Positions 23,789-32,752 of a stretch of DNA of 41,005 nucleotides are shown here, piece by piece; within the stretch, counting starts at the first letter, position 1; the number at the start of each line of letters is the position of its first letter. Below the pieces are notes generated by a model that was given only the letters and a program-made list of their open reading frames with translations, was not told where the DNA came from and ran no database searches. Source of the stretch: an uncultured Candidatus Peribacteria bacterium (GTDB lineage: Bacteria; Patescibacteriota; Gracilibacteria; Peribacterales; Peribacteraceae); the NCBI GenBank assembly GCA_964478005.1, contig CAYZGJ010000002.1, positions 1 through 41,005 of the forward strand, written 5' to 3'. The translations under genes and the position numbers were made by a program.

Positions 23789-25066
23789 TTACACAAGCTT
23801 GTCATAGTCATGCGCGAGCATCTGCGCGTTCACCTGGCGAATCAACTCCATGACGACGCCGACGACGATGATGAGGCCGGAGCCGGAGATGAGCAGGTCG
23901 TTGGCGTTGAGGGTGGAGTACTTCGTGAAGATCAGCGGGATGATGGCCACGAGGCCGAGGAAGGAGCCGCCCCACAGGTTGAGCCGGCTGCTGGTGCGCT
24001 CCAGCATGGAGGCCGTCTGTTGGCCGGGACGCAGCCCGGGCACGAAGCCGCCGCGCTTCTGGATGGTCTCCGCGATCTCCTTGGGCTTGAAGGTGACCGA
24101 CACGTAGAAGTACGTGAAGGCCAGGACCAGCAGGAAGTAGACGATGATGTAGGCCCAGCCGGGATTCTGCGCGTTGAAGTAGGTATTGATGACGGAGACG
24201 AGCCCCTGGAAGCGGGGAGCGGTCTGGAGGAACTGCGCGACGATGGCCGGCATGGTGATGAGGGAGACGGCGAAGATGATCGGGATCATGCCCGCCTGGT
24301 TGAGGCGGATGGGAATGCCGCCCTGCACCCCGCGTCCGGCCCCCTGATTGGCGTAGGTGATGGGGATGAGGCGGTGCGCGTCGGTGAAGAGGACGACGGC
24401 GACCAGCGTGGCGAGCGCGACGAGCGCGAAGAGGACGAAGGCGCCCTGCTGGCTCTGGCCCGTGAGGATCATGGCGCTGACCTGCGCGGGGATGTTGGCG
24501 ACGATGCCGGTGAAGATGAGCAGCGAGATGCCGTTGCCGATCCCCTTCTCCGTGATCAGCTCGCCCAGCCACATCAGGAAGACGGAGCCTGCCGTCACGA
24601 AGAGCATGGGCAGGAGCACGCCGGGGAAGGACGTGTCCACCAGGCTGACGCCGCCGCGCGAGAGCAGGATGAGGAATCCGTAGCTCTGCACGAAGGCCAG
24701 CGGCAGCGAGAGCCAGCGCGTGTAGCGGTTGATCTGCTGCTGCCCCTGCTGCCCCTCCTTGCTGAGCGCCTCCAGTTTGGGGAAGATGACGGTGCACAGC
24801 TGCATGATGATCGACGCGTTGATGTAGGGCGAGAGGCCCAGCATCACGATGGAGAAGTTATCGACGGCGCCGCCGGTGAGCGCGGCGAAGACCCCCAGCA
24901 GCCCGCCCGATGCGCGGCTGTCGAGGAACTGGGAGAGGGCGAACGGATCGGTGCCCGGCACGGGCAGGTGCGCGACGACGCGGTAGAGAAGGAGCAATCC
25001 GATCGTCAGGACGATGCGGCGACGCAGGTCCCGGGTGCGCCAGATCTGTCGGAAGTAGGAGAACAT
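23789..25066 (-). CDS. secY: Preprotein translocase subunit SecY
   Basis: 425 aa, 10 TM pattern. LLLYRVVAHLPVPG, LGLSPYINASIIMQL, GISLLIFTGIV, RGGFVPGLRPGQQT. Confidence 0.95.
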   Translation of the reverse strand: MFSYFRQIWRTRDLRRRIVLTIGLLLLYRVVAHLPVPGTDPFALSQFLDSRASGGLLGVFAALTGGAVDNFSIVMLGLSPYINASIIMQLCTVIFPKLEALSKEGQQGQQQINRYTRWLSLPLAFVQSYGFLILLSRGGVSLVDTSFPGVLLPMLFVTAGSVFLMWLGELITEKGIGNGISLLIFTGIVANIPAQVSAMILTGQSQQGAFVLFALVALATLVAVVLFTDAHRLIPITYANQGAGRGVQGGIPIRLNQAGMIPIIFAVSLITMPAIVAQFLQTAPRFQGLVSVINTYFNAQNPGWAYIIVYFLLVLAFTYFYVSVTFKPKEIAETIQKRGGFVPGLRPGQQTASMLERTSSRLNLWGGSFLGLVAIIPLIFTKYSTLNANDLLISGSGLIIVVGVVMELIRQVNAQMLAHDYDKLV

Positions 25067-25070
25067 GGGA

Positions 25071-25105
25071 ATGGCTAGTGGCTAGTAGCGAGTGGCTGTT
25101 GGCAA
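25071..25105. repeat. Heptamer array GTGGCTA family (5 units) upstream of the secY start
   Basis: atggcta|gtggcta|gtagcga|gtggctg|ttggcaa. Confidence 0.75.
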
Positions 25106-25118
25106 CGTACAACAAGGC

Positions 25119-25562
25119 TCAACTGCGGACAATCGTGAGCGTGCCGCCGGCATCGGCAATGGCCTTCTTCGCGGTTTTCGACGCGGCGTGCGCCTCGATG
25201 TTGATCTTCTTGGTGAGGGAACCGACCCCCAGAATCTTCACCTTGCGGTTCCGGCGGACGATGCGGCGGTCGACGAGATCGGCCAACACATAGGAACCGG
25301 CTTCCAGCGAACGCTCCAGCGTGGCGAGGTTCAGCGCGTCATACTCCACCTTGCGCGGATTGCGGAATCCGCCCAGCTTGGGCTGGCGGCGGATGAGGGG
25401 GGTCTGTCCGCCCTCGAACCCGAACTTGCGCCCCTTGCCGGTGCGCGACTGCTGGCCTTTGGTGCCGCGGCCGGCGGTGGTGCCGCCCTTGCCGCTGTTG
25501 CCGCGCGCGACGCGCTTGGCCTTGCGACGGGAACCGGTGGCGGGTCGGAGAGTGTGCAGCAT
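25119..25562 (-). CDS. rplO: 50S ribosomal protein L15
   Basis: ATG 25562 in ORF 25119..25640. MLHTLRPATGSRRKAKRVARGNSGKGGTTAGRGTKGQQSRTG...FEGGQTPL. Confidence 0.95.
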   Translation of the reverse strand: MLHTLRPATGSRRKAKRVARGNSGKGGTTAGRGTKGQQSRTGKGRKFGFEGGQTPLIRRQPKLGGFRNPRKVEYDALNLATLERSLEAGSYVLADLVDRRIVRRNRKVKILGVGSLTKKINIEAHAASKTAKKAIADAGGTLTIVRS

Positions 25563-25636
25563 GGGGTACGAAGGAAAAGACGCCAAACGACCATGCGTGA
25601 TGGCCGGGCCGCTATGGTAGGGATTGCGCGGCGAAT

Positions 25637-26167
25637 TCACAAGGGATTTTCTCCCCCCATCGCGGCTACTCTCTTCCCGAACTCCGCCGCAGCATCCGGT
25701 CCGTTGCCCGTCACGAGCAGCCCGTCCGTCACGACCGATTGTTCCACGAATTCCGCACCGGATCGCTCGATTTGCCGGATCTGCGTTCCCTGCCCGTCGT
25801 CCCAGACGGTCGCCCGCTTCCCTTGCAGCACCCCGGCGGCTGCCAAAATCGTGGGCGCAATGCAGATGGCGCCGAAGGGCCGCCCCGAGGCCGCCGCCGC
25901 GCGGGCGATCCGCAGGGCATCCGCATCGTCCACCAACGCGTGCGCTCCCGGCCCGCCGATGAACGCGATCCGGTCGTAATCATCGACGCGGACATCCCGC
26001 AGCGCCACCGTCGCTTCTTCCGAACCGCCATACTTCCCCGTGCACGTTCCCGCCTGGGTACTCGCCAATGCGATGGCGAAGCCGGCATCCATCAAACCCT
26101 TCCGTGTTCCATCCAATTCTCTGTCCTGATACCCTTCCTGCGCGATGATGAGAAGTGCGGTACGCAT
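25637..26167 (-). CDS. DJ-1/PfpI family protein
   Basis: MRTALLIIAQEGYQDRELDG...YDRIAFIGGPG...GRPFGAICIAPTILAAAGVLQGKRAT. Nucleophile-elbow Cys within AICIAP. Confidence 0.85.
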   Translation of the reverse strand: MRTALLIIAQEGYQDRELDGTRKGLMDAGFAIALASTQAGTCTGKYGGSEEATVALRDVRVDDYDRIAFIGGPGAHALVDDADALRIARAAAASGRPFGAICIAPTILAAAGVLQGKRATVWDDGQGTQIRQIERSGAEFVEQSVVTDGLLVTGNGPDAAAEFGKRVAAMGGENPL

Positions 26168-26178
26168 GGGAATATGCT

Positions 26179-26213
26179 AAATGCAAAATGAGAAATGAGA
26201 AATGAGAAATGAC
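26179..26213. repeat. Heptamer array AAATGAG x5 (UCAUUUC on the mRNA) just upstream of the DJ-1 start
   Basis: aaatgca|aaatgag|aaatgag|aaatgag|aaatgac. Confidence 0.85.
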
Positions 26214-26230
26214 GGACGACTGTCAAAGGG

Positions 26231-26287
26231 CAAATGTCAAATGTCAAAGAGCCAACAACATCAGCAAGGTTTGACATTTGTCATTGG
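26231..26287. repeat. Inverted heptamer arrays CAAATGT / ACATTTG forming a hairpin after the rpsE stop
   Basis: caaatgtcaaatgtcaaag ...(20-nt loop)... tttgacatttgtcattgg. 16 of 18 positions pair. Confidence 0.8.
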
Positions 26288-26304
26288 AAATTTGTCATTC
26301 GTCC

Positions 26305-26937
26305 TCAGTCCTTCTTCTTCAGCGTCCCCTCCTCCGACACGTCCTCCTTGCTGACTTCCACCACCTGCGGCGCGGACACGTCGGCCTCGATGTCCTCCTC
26401 GTCTTCCGTCGCTTCCTGCGTCCCGGTCGCGGCCGGAGCTCCCTGAACGGGCTTGAGCTTCTCGAGCGCGCGGAAAGTGGCTTGGGCGTTGACCAGCTTG
26501 TTCCCCGTGCCGAAGCGCTTGCTGAGCACATTGCGCACGCCGGCATGGTCGAAGATGACACGCAGCGCGCCGCCGGCGATGATGCCGGTTCCTTCGGACG
26601 CGGGCAGGAGGCGCAGCTTGGCCGCCTTGAACTTCACGTCGACCTCGTGGGGGATGGTGCCGTCCTTGAGCGGCACGGTGATCATGGCGCGGCGAGCCGC
26701 CTTCACGGCCTTCTGCACGGCGGCCTGGACCTCGTTGGCCTTGCCGGTCCCCAGCCCCACCTTCCCCTTGCGGTTGCCCACCACCACCACGGCGCGGAAG
26801 CGCATGCGGCGCCCGCCCTTCACCACGCGCGTGACGCGGTCGACCGACAGCGTCGTCTCCGTGAACTCGGACGGCTCGCGCTTGCCGCGGCCGCCACGGC
26901 GGTCGGAGGAACGGCGATCGGAACGGGGAGCAGGCAT
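26305..26937 (-). CDS. rpsE: 30S ribosomal protein S5 with acidic C-terminal extension
   Basis: VDRVTRVVKGGRRMRFRAVVVVGNRKGKVGLGTGKANEV...GTGIIAGGALRVIFDHAGV. Confidence 0.95.
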   Translation of the reverse strand: MPAPRSDRRSSDRRGGRGKREPSEFTETTLSVDRVTRVVKGGRRMRFRAVVVVGNRKGKVGLGTGKANEVQAAVQKAVKAARRAMITVPLKDGTIPHEVDVKFKAAKLRLLPASEGTGIIAGGALRVIFDHAGVRNVLSKRFGTGNKLVNAQATFRALEKLKPVQGAPAATGTQEATEDEEDIEADVSAPQVVEVSKEDVSEEGTLKKKD

Positions 26938-26942
26938 GGGAG

Positions 26943-26977
26943 GGAAATGAGAAATGCGAAATGGAAAATGAAAAATG
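26943..26977. repeat. Heptamer array RAAATGN x5 (same family as 26179-26213) just upstream of the rpsE start
   Basis: gaaatga|gaaatgc|gaaatgg|aaaatga|aaaatga. Confidence 0.85.
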
Positions 26978-26981
26978 AAAG

Positions 26982-27326
26982 TCAGAACTGGAGGCCGCCT
27001 GCGCGGGCGGCGTCGGCGAGGGAACGGATGCGACCGTGGTACTTGTATCCGGCGCGGTCGAAGACGATGGTCGTGATGCCGGCATCCTTGGCCTTCTTCG
27101 CGATCAGCTCCCCCACTTTCTTCGCGCCGTCCACGGTGGGCTTCGCCTTGGCCTCCTTGCTGGAAGCGCTGCAGAGCGTGCGGCCGGCGTCATCATCGAT
27201 GAGCTGGGCGGACAGCTGCAGCAGCGAGCGGTGCACCGCGAGGCGGGGACGCTCGGCCGTGCCGCGAACGGTGGCGCGGATGCGGCGCTTGCGCGCGAGC
27301 CGGAGAGCAGTCTTGGAGGGAGTCAT
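26982..27326 (-). CDS. rplR: 50S ribosomal protein L18
   Basis: [32 protein letters not shown]...[27 protein letters not shown]. Confidence 0.95.
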   Translation of the reverse strand: MTPSKTALRLARKRRIRATVRGTAERPRLAVHRSLLQLSAQLIDDDAGRTLCSASSKEAKAKPTVDGAKKVGELIAKKAKDAGITTIVFDRAGYKYHGRIRSLADAARAGGLQF

Positions 27327-27350
27327 GCGGGAGAGAAGCGAGAGGAAGAA

Positions 27351-27905
27351 TCAGGAAGTCTTGCCGGCGGCCTTGCCGACCTTGCGGCGGATCTGCTCGC
27401 CGACGTAGCGGATCCCCTTGCCCTTGTACGGCTCTGGCGGGCGGAGTTCGCGGATCTGCGCGGCGACGAGGCCGACCAGGTGCTTGTCGATGCCGCGGAT
27501 CATCAGGATGTTCTTGTTGCGATCATCCTGCGCGATCTCGATCCCCTCGGGGATGGCGAAGTCGATGGGGTGGCTGAAGCCGAGATTCAGCTGCAGCAGG
27601 CGCGGTCCTTTGATGGCGGCCTTGTAGCCCACGCCGATGATCTCGATCTGCTTCTCGTACCCCTGCGAGACGCCGGTCACCATGTTGGCGACGATGGCGC
27701 GGGTGAGGCCGTGGCGGGCGCGCGCATCCTTGGAGTCATTCTTGCGCGCCACTTTCACGGAACCATCCGCCACCTCCAGCTGCACCTCGGGCAGGAGCGC
27801 GTAGGTCAGCTCGCCCTTGGGACCGGTCACCGTCACGACGGAGCCGGAGACCGCGACGGTCACGCCGGAGGGAAGAGCCACGAGCTTGGTACCAATGCGA
27901 GACAT
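27351..27905 (-). CDS. rplF: 50S ribosomal protein L6
   Basis: MSRIGTKLVALPSGVTV...VTVTGPKGEL...GVGYKA...PEPYKGKGIRYVGE. Confidence 0.95.
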   Translation of the reverse strand: MSRIGTKLVALPSGVTVAVSGSVVTVTGPKGELTYALLPEVQLEVADGSVKVARKNDSKDARARHGLTRAIVANMVTGVSQGYEKQIEIIGVGYKAAIKGPRLLQLNLGFSHPIDFAIPEGIEIAQDDRNKNILMIRGIDKHLVGLVAAQIRELRPPEPYKGKGIRYVGEQIRRKVGKAAGKTS

Positions 27906-27911
27906 GAGTGA

Positions 27912-28298
27912 TTAAGAAACAGTACAGAGAACTTCACCGCCGATGGTGCGCTGTCGCGCGACGGCGTCGGTCACGAGACCCTGGCTGGTGGTGAGGATGG
28001 CGATGCCATAGCCGCGCTGCACGGGCCGGAGATCGGCTGCCGCGGCATAGACGCGCCGGCCGGGGCGGCTGACCCGCCGGAGACTGAGCTTCTTGTCCGG
28101 ATGGAACGTCACGCGGATGCTCTGCTTGGGCGCTTCCCCCAGCACTTCCGCCTTCGCCAGCCAGCCCTCGGCCACCAGCAGCTCGCAGAGATCCTGCTTG
28201 ATCTTCGACCAGGGGGCGGTGCAGCTCCCCTTCCGCACGGCCTGCGCATTGCGCATCCGGGTGAGGAGATCGCCGATGGGGTCGTTGACGAAGGTCAT
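27912..28298 (-). CDS. rpsH: 30S ribosomal protein S8
   Basis: DPIGDLLTRMRNAQAVRK...GYGIAILTTSQGLVTDAVARQRTIGGEVLCTV. Confidence 0.95.
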   Translation of the reverse strand: MTFVNDPIGDLLTRMRNAQAVRKGSCTAPWSKIKQDLCELLVAEGWLAKAEVLGEAPKQSIRVTFHPDKKLSLRRVSRPGRRVYAAAADLRPVQRGYGIAILTTSQGLVTDAVARQRTIGGEVLCTVS

Positions 28299-28360
28299 GA
28301 CGGGAAGAGGAGAGGAGGAGAAGAGCGAGAGGAGGAGAGGAAAAACGGATGGGGGGGGTA

Positions 28361-28382
28361 GAGACGCAACCTGTTGCGTCTC
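28361..28382 (-). promoter_or_regulatory. 9-bp hairpin between rpsN and rpsH (attenuator or processing-site candidate)
   Basis: gagacgcaa-cctg-ttgcgtctc. On the mRNA it is followed by a C-run, ccgttttt, and a CU-rich leader. Confidence 0.4.
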
Positions 28383-28388
28383 CGGCGA

Positions 28389-28613
28389 TCACCACGAAGA
28401 TTTCGTCACCCCGGGGATTTCCCCGTTGGATGCCAGTTCCCGGAAGCAGATGCGGCAGATGCCGAAGAAGCGGATGAACCCGTGGCGGCGTCCGCACAGT
28501 CCGCAGCGGTTGTACACGCGCGTGGGGAACTTCGGATCCGTGCCCGCGGCCTTTGCCTTCAGGAAGTCCTGGAGGTTCTTCTGCTGCCGGTTGAGGAGCG
28601 CTTTGCGAGCCAT
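28389..28613 (-). CDS. rpsN: 30S ribosomal protein S14 type Z (zinc-binding)
   Basis: ATG 28613 ([12 protein letters not shown]...). [38 protein letters not shown]. The longer track ORF starts at a TTG. Confidence 0.92.
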   Translation of the reverse strand: MARKALLNRQQKNLQDFLKAKAAGTDPKFPTRVYNRCGLCGRRHGFIRFFGICRICFRELASNGEIPGVTKSSW

Positions 28614-28648
28614 GGGCGGGGGGATTGTCGGGAAGGAAAGGGGGAAGG

Positions 28649-29221
28649 TCAAGCAGTTGCCGCCGCCTCTTTGCGGTCGGGACGGAAGGGAAGGCCGATC
28701 TTCTTCAGGAGGAGGCGGGCGGCGTCATCGGTCTGCGCGGTCGTCGAGATCTGGATCTGGAGACCGAAGATCTTCTGGATATCGCCGGCGGGCACCTCCG
28801 GGAAGACGGTCTGATCCCGCAGGCCCAGGGCGTAGTTGCCGTGGCCGTCGAGTTTGGTGGGCAGTCCCCGGAAATCGCGGATGCGGGGAAGGACGTAGCT
28901 CACCAGCCGGTCGAGGAACTCCTCCATGCGGCGACCCCGGAGCGTCACCATGGCGCCCACCACCTGCCCCTCGCGGATCTTGAAGTTGGAGATGGCCTTG
29001 CGGCTCTTGCGCAGGACGGGCTTCTGCCCGGTGATGGTTTCGAGCGTCCTGGTTACGAATTCGATCATCTCCTTCCCCTCCATGTGCGTGCGGTTGATGC
29101 CGACGTTCACGACGACTTTCTCGACGCGGGGAAGTGCGTGGACGTTCTTCATCTGCAGCTCCTCCTGGAGTTCCCGGAGGATGGGGCCGCGCAGCCGGTC
29201 ATGGAGAGTGACGTAGGACAT
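28649..29221 (-). CDS. rplE: 50S ribosomal protein L5
   Basis: [13 protein letters not shown]...[43 protein letters not shown].... Confidence 0.95.
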   Translation of the reverse strand: MSYVTLHDRLRGPILRELQEELQMKNVHALPRVEKVVVNVGINRTHMEGKEMIEFVTRTLETITGQKPVLRKSRKAISNFKIREGQVVGAMVTLRGRRMEEFLDRLVSYVLPRIRDFRGLPTKLDGHGNYALGLRDQTVFPEVPAGDIQKIFGLQIQISTTAQTDDAARLLLKKIGLPFRPDRKEAAATA

Positions 29222-29223
29222 GA

Positions 29224-29760
29224 TTATCCACCTTGGGAACGATGTGCGGAAGGCATGGCTTTGGCGTCGGAAGGCTTGTCGGCGGCGGCCCCCTCTCCTC
29301 CCCCCTCCGTCTTGGAGCCGCGCTTCCAGAAGGGCTGTTTGGTCGGGACGACTGCGTTCTTCTTGCCCTCGCTCTTGGCGGGTGTTTCACCGGCTGCGGT
29401 CGCAGTCGTCGTTGTCTTCTTTGGCGTCTTGGCCTTCTTCGTCACCGCCGCGCCCTTGATCTCCTCGCCGCTCTTCTTCGCAATGCGGATCTTGCGGCCC
29501 TTGGCATCGGTCCGGAACCCGATGCGCGTGGGCTTCTTCGTCTTCGGGTCGATCACCATGACGTTGGAGGCATGCAGGCTGGCTTCGTAGCTGATGCGCT
29601 GTCCTGCCTGCTGGGGCGTCTTCTTGATGTGGCGGATACGCATGTTGGCCCCCTCCACGATGACGCGGTTCTTGGCGGGGAAGACTCGCAGGACGGTGCC
29701 CTGCTTCCCCTTGTCCTTGCCGCTGATGATGACGACGGTGTCGCCGGTGCGGATCTTCAT
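29224..29760 (-). CDS. rplX: 50S ribosomal protein L24 with ~75-aa Lys/Thr/Ala-rich C-terminal extension
   Basis: ATG 29760 in ORF 29224..30144. [44 protein letters not shown] overlap with rplN. Confidence 0.93.
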   Translation of the reverse strand: MKIRTGDTVVIISGKDKGKQGTVLRVFPAKNRVIVEGANMRIRHIKKTPQQAGQRISYEASLHASNVMVIDPKTKKPTRIGFRTDAKGRKIRIAKKSGEEIKGAAVTKKAKTPKKTTTTATAAGETPAKSEGKKNAVVPTKQPFWKRGSKTEGGGEGAAADKPSDAKAMPSAHRSQGG

Positions 29761-30125
29761 AGGACGTCGGGGGCTTGGGAGATAATTTTCTGGTAGCCGC
29801 GGGCGCGCAGTTCGCGGGCGACGGGGCCGAAGACGCGCGTGCCCTTGGGCATGCCGTCCTTCTGGATGATGACGCAGGCGTTGTCGTCGAAGCGGATCCC
29901 CGATCCGTCCTTGCGGCGGGTCATCGCGCGGCTGCGCACGATCACGGCGCGCTCCACCGACTTCTTCTTCACGGTGCCGCGGGGCGCGGCTTCCTTCACC
30001 GAGACGATGACGACGTCCCCAATGCGGGCGTAGCGGCGACGGGTGCCCCCCAGAACGCGGATGCACATCGCCTGCTTGGCGCCGGTGTTGTCGGCTACGG
30101 TGAGGTAGGTCTGCTGCTGGATCAT
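29757..30125 (-). CDS. rplN: 50S ribosomal protein L14
   Basis: [27 protein letters not shown]...[11 protein letters not shown]. Confidence 0.95.
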   Translation of the reverse strand: MIQQQTYLTVADNTGAKQAMCIRVLGGTRRRYARIGDVVIVSVKEAAPRGTVKKKSVERAVIVRSRAMTRRKDGSGIRFDDNACVIIQKDGMPKGTRVFGPVARELRARGYQKIISQAPDVL

Positions 30126-30403
30126 GCGGATGCGGGGGTATCATCTATCATCTCACTCACGCGGGGGACGCGCTTGACCACCTCCGTGACGCGGAAGTGC
30201 TTGCGCTTGCTGAGCGGACGACACTCTTCGATGCGCACTTCATCCCCTACCATCAGGTCCTCCACCCCCTTGCAGTCTGCGAGGAACTTCTTGCTCTTGC
30301 GGAAGCTCTTCTTGTAGAGCTTGTGCATGACCGCGCGGTGCACCGTGACGGTGACGGTGTCCTGCGAGGCTGCCGACGTGATGGTGCCGAGCTTCGTGAG
30401 CAT
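30122..30403 (-). CDS. rpsQ: 30S ribosomal protein S17
   Basis: [29 protein letters not shown]...[20 protein letters not shown]. Confidence 0.93.
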   Translation of the reverse strand: MLTKLGTITSAASQDTVTVTVHRAVMHKLYKKSFRKSKKFLADCKGVEDLMVGDEVRIEECRPLSKRKHFRVTEVVKRVPRVSEMIDDTPASA

Positions 30404-30427
30404 GAGGCGGAAGAAAAGGGAATGCCG

Positions 30428-30697
30428 CTAGGCCGTACGGCGTGCGGGGGCGGGTACTGTAGTGGGAGATGCGGATGTTTTCAACCCGGACTGCGATCCG
30501 GCCTCCAGCTGCGTCAGCACCGTGCACATGCGCGCCAGGTCACGCTTCGCGCGCCGGTAGCGGGCGGTATCTTTCAGGCTGCGCATGGAGATGCCCAAGC
30601 GATCTTTCGCCAGTTCCAGGCGCCGGCGCTCGATCTCCTTGCGGAGTTCGGGAATCTGCATCTTGCGGAGCTCGGTGGCGGAAGCGTGGAGAGCCAT
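30428..30697 (-). CDS. rpmC: 50S ribosomal protein L29 with C-terminal extension
   Basis: ATG 30697 inside the long shadow-extended ORF 30428..31450. MALHASATELRKMQIPELRKEIERRRLELAKDRLGISMRSLKDTARYRRAKRDLARMCTVL. Confidence 0.88.
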   Translation of the reverse strand: MALHASATELRKMQIPELRKEIERRRLELAKDRLGISMRSLKDTARYRRAKRDLARMCTVLTQLEAGSQSGLKTSASPTTVPAPARRTA

Positions 30698-30699
30698 GA

Positions 30700-31125
30700 T
30701 CAGGAAGCGAGGGAGAGGGAAGTAATGACTTTCGTCTTCAACGGCAGCTTGTGTCCTGCCAGGCGCAACGCCTCGCGGGCGGCGGCTTCCGGCAGCCCGT
30801 CCATCTCGAAGAGAACGGTGCCGGCGTTGATGGTCTGGCCGTAGTACTCCAGCGACCCCTTGCCGGCGCCCATCGGCACCTCCGCGGCTTTCTTCGAGAC
30901 GGGCGTGTGGGGGAAGACGCGAATCCAGATCTTGCCGCCGCGCTGGACGGAGTGGGTCATGGCGCGGCGGGCCGCCTCGATCTGGCGGGCGGTCACCTCG
31001 CCGCTCTCCGTGACCTTCAGCCCGATGGAGCCGAACGCCAGCTGCGTGCCGCGCGTCGCCTTGCCACGCAACGCGCCGCGGTTGCGATGGACTTTCCGGT
31101 GCTTGAGCTTGGCAGGTTCTAACAT
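30700..31125 (-). CDS. rplP: 50S ribosomal protein L16
   Basis: MLEPAKLKHRKVHRNRGALRGKATRGTQLAFGSIGLK...RQIEAARRAMT...KIWIRVFPH. Confidence 0.95.
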   Translation of the reverse strand: MLEPAKLKHRKVHRNRGALRGKATRGTQLAFGSIGLKVTESGEVTARQIEAARRAMTHSVQRGGKIWIRVFPHTPVSKKAAEVPMGAGKGSLEYYGQTINAGTVLFEMDGLPEAAAREALRLAGHKLPLKTKVITSLSLAS

Positions 31126-31173
31126 GGGAGAGAGGAATCAGAGCAGGTCTTCGACCCGCGGGAATGGAAGCAA

Positions 31174-31845
31174 TCAGGAAGCAGTCGGGGTGAGAGCGGA
31201 GGACTGCATCTGCTGGACGTTCTTGAACACCATGCCCTTGTAGACCCACACCTGGATGCCGATGGTGCCGAACTTCGTGACGGCGTGGCGGCGGGCGAAC
31301 TGGATGTTCGCTCGGAGGGTCTGCAGGGGGATGTTGCCTTCCTTGAAGAGGTCCGTGCGGGCAATCTCTGCGCCGTTGAGGCGGCCGCCGATCGTGATCT
31401 TTACGCCCTGGGCGCCGGCTTGGACGGCTTTCTCCATCGCCATCTTGCACGCGCGCCGGTAGGGCATGCGCCGCTCGATCTGCCCCTGGATGGTCTCGGC
31501 GATGACGTGCGCGTCCGCGTCGGGATTGCGCAGCTCCTGGATATCCACTTCAAAGGACCCGCCGAACGCGCGCTCCAATCCGGCACGCAGGTCATCGATG
31601 GCTGCGCCCTGCTTGCCGATGATGACGCCGGGCTTGGACGAGACGATGGTGACGTGCGTCTTCTTCCCCCGCTCGATGAGGATTTCGCTGATGCCGGCAT
31701 CCTTGAGCTTCTGCAGGAGGTAGCGGCGGATGCGCTGATCCTGCACGAACAGGTCGCGGTACTTGCGCCCGCGCGCGAACCACGTGGAGTTCCAGGAATG
31801 CGTGATTCCGATGCGCAGGCCGTTGGCGTTCACTTTCTGACCCAT
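31174..31845 (-). CDS. rpsC: 30S ribosomal protein S3
   Basis: ATG 31845 in ORF 31174..32019. MGQKVNANGLRIGITHSWNSTWFA...KPGVIIGKQGAAIDDL...GRLNGAEIAR. Confidence 0.95.
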   Translation of the reverse strand: MGQKVNANGLRIGITHSWNSTWFARGRKYRDLFVQDQRIRRYLLQKLKDAGISEILIERGKKTHVTIVSSKPGVIIGKQGAAIDDLRAGLERAFGGSFEVDIQELRNPDADAHVIAETIQGQIERRMPYRRACKMAMEKAVQAGAQGVKITIGGRLNGAEIARTDLFKEGNIPLQTLRANIQFARRHAVTKFGTIGIQVWVYKGMVFKNVQQMQSSALTPTAS

Positions 31846-31849
31846 GAGC

Positions 31850-32353
31850 TTAGGAGGGAGTGGAAGCAGACGAAGAAGAGGAAGACGGCTTCGCCTTCGG
31901 TGCGGTCTTTTGTACAGCATTCTTCTTCGCTTGGGAAGGCGACGCGGTCTTCTTTTTCGCGGCGCCCGGGGCGGACGGAGTGCGGGCGGCAGCCTTCCGT
32001 GGCGGAGCGGGCGGCGCATCCCCGTTGTCGGCGATCCCCAGCGTCAGGGAGATGTGGCTGAGGAACTTGGTCATGGGACGCATGCGGCCGCGCGCCATCG
32101 GAACGCCGCGGCGCAGTCCCGCCCCCTGGTTGACGACGATGGACTTCACGACCAGGCGCGACGGATCCTGGCGGTCGTTGTGTTCGGCGTTGGCCACCGC
32201 AGACCGCAGCAGCTGCTCCACCATGCGCGCGCCCTTCTTGTGGGTGGAGCGCAGCGCCTCCAGCGCGCCGGGCACGGGCATGCCCCGGACCATCGTGGCG
32301 ATGACGTTGGCCTTCTTGGGAGCGATGCGGGCGGAACGGAGATGCGCTTTCAT
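31850..32353 (-). CDS. rplV: 50S ribosomal protein L22 with Ala/Pro/Lys-rich C-terminal extension
   Basis: MKAHLRSARIAPKKANVIATMVRGMPVPGALEAL...AVANAEHN...VNQGAGLRRGVPMARGRM. Confidence 0.93.
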   Translation of the reverse strand: MKAHLRSARIAPKKANVIATMVRGMPVPGALEALRSTHKKGARMVEQLLRSAVANAEHNDRQDPSRLVVKSIVVNQGAGLRRGVPMARGRMRPMTKFLSHISLTLGIADNGDAPPAPPRKAAARTPSAPGAAKKKTASPSQAKKNAVQKTAPKAKPSSSSSSASTPS

Positions 32354-32371
32354 GGGGGAGGTGGAGAGGGA

Positions 32372-32674
32372 TTACTTGGAAGCTTGTGCGGCGCCTTTGG
32401 CCTGGGACTCGGCCATCTTGCCGCCGTGCCCCTTGAACTTGGTGGTCCAGGAGAACTCGCCCAGCTTGTGGCCGACCATCTGCTCGGTGACGTAGACGGG
32501 AAGGAACTCCTTGCCATTGTGGACGGCGAAGGTGAAGCCGACGAACTCCGGCGGGATGTCGGAGTCGCGCGCCCAGGTCTTGATGATCTTCTTCTCGCCG
32601 CCGTCGACCATGCGCATCACCTTCCGAAGGAGCTTCGGATCGACGTAGGGGCCTTTCTTGAGGGAGCGTGGCAT
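32372..32674 (-). CDS. rpsS: 30S ribosomal protein S19
   Basis: [19 protein letters not shown]...[44 protein letters not shown]. Confidence 0.95.
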   Translation of the reverse strand: MPRSLKKGPYVDPKLLRKVMRMVDGGEKKIIKTWARDSDIPPEFVGFTFAVHNGKEFLPVYVTEQMVGHKLGEFSWTTKFKGHGGKMAESQAKGAAQASK

Positions 32675-32752
32675 GGGAGGGGTGGGTGGAAAGCGGGAGG
32701 CGGGTGAGAGGTCGGTAGAGACGTTCCGACGGAATGTCTTTACTACGGTGGA

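Noticed and set aside
23502-23807. Plus-strand ORF 23502..23807 as the real gene in the secY-adk insertion.
   Set aside because: It is antisense to the operon, overlaps the secY stop, and its translation is low-quality. The two minus-strand ORFs are co-oriented with the operon and joined by an ATGA overlap, which is the more coherent model.
25563-26304. A hidden rpmD (L30) gene in the rpsE-rplO interval.
   Set aside because: The interval is filled by the DJ-1/PfpI CDS. The residual gaps (74 nt and 137 nt) are repeat arrays and too short for a ~60-aa protein.
20927-26977. The tandem arrays as a possible CRISPR locus.
   Set aside because: The units are 7-8 nt and contiguous, with no unique spacers. 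Arrays are only 20-45 nt long and there are no cas genes. This is not CRISPR architecture.
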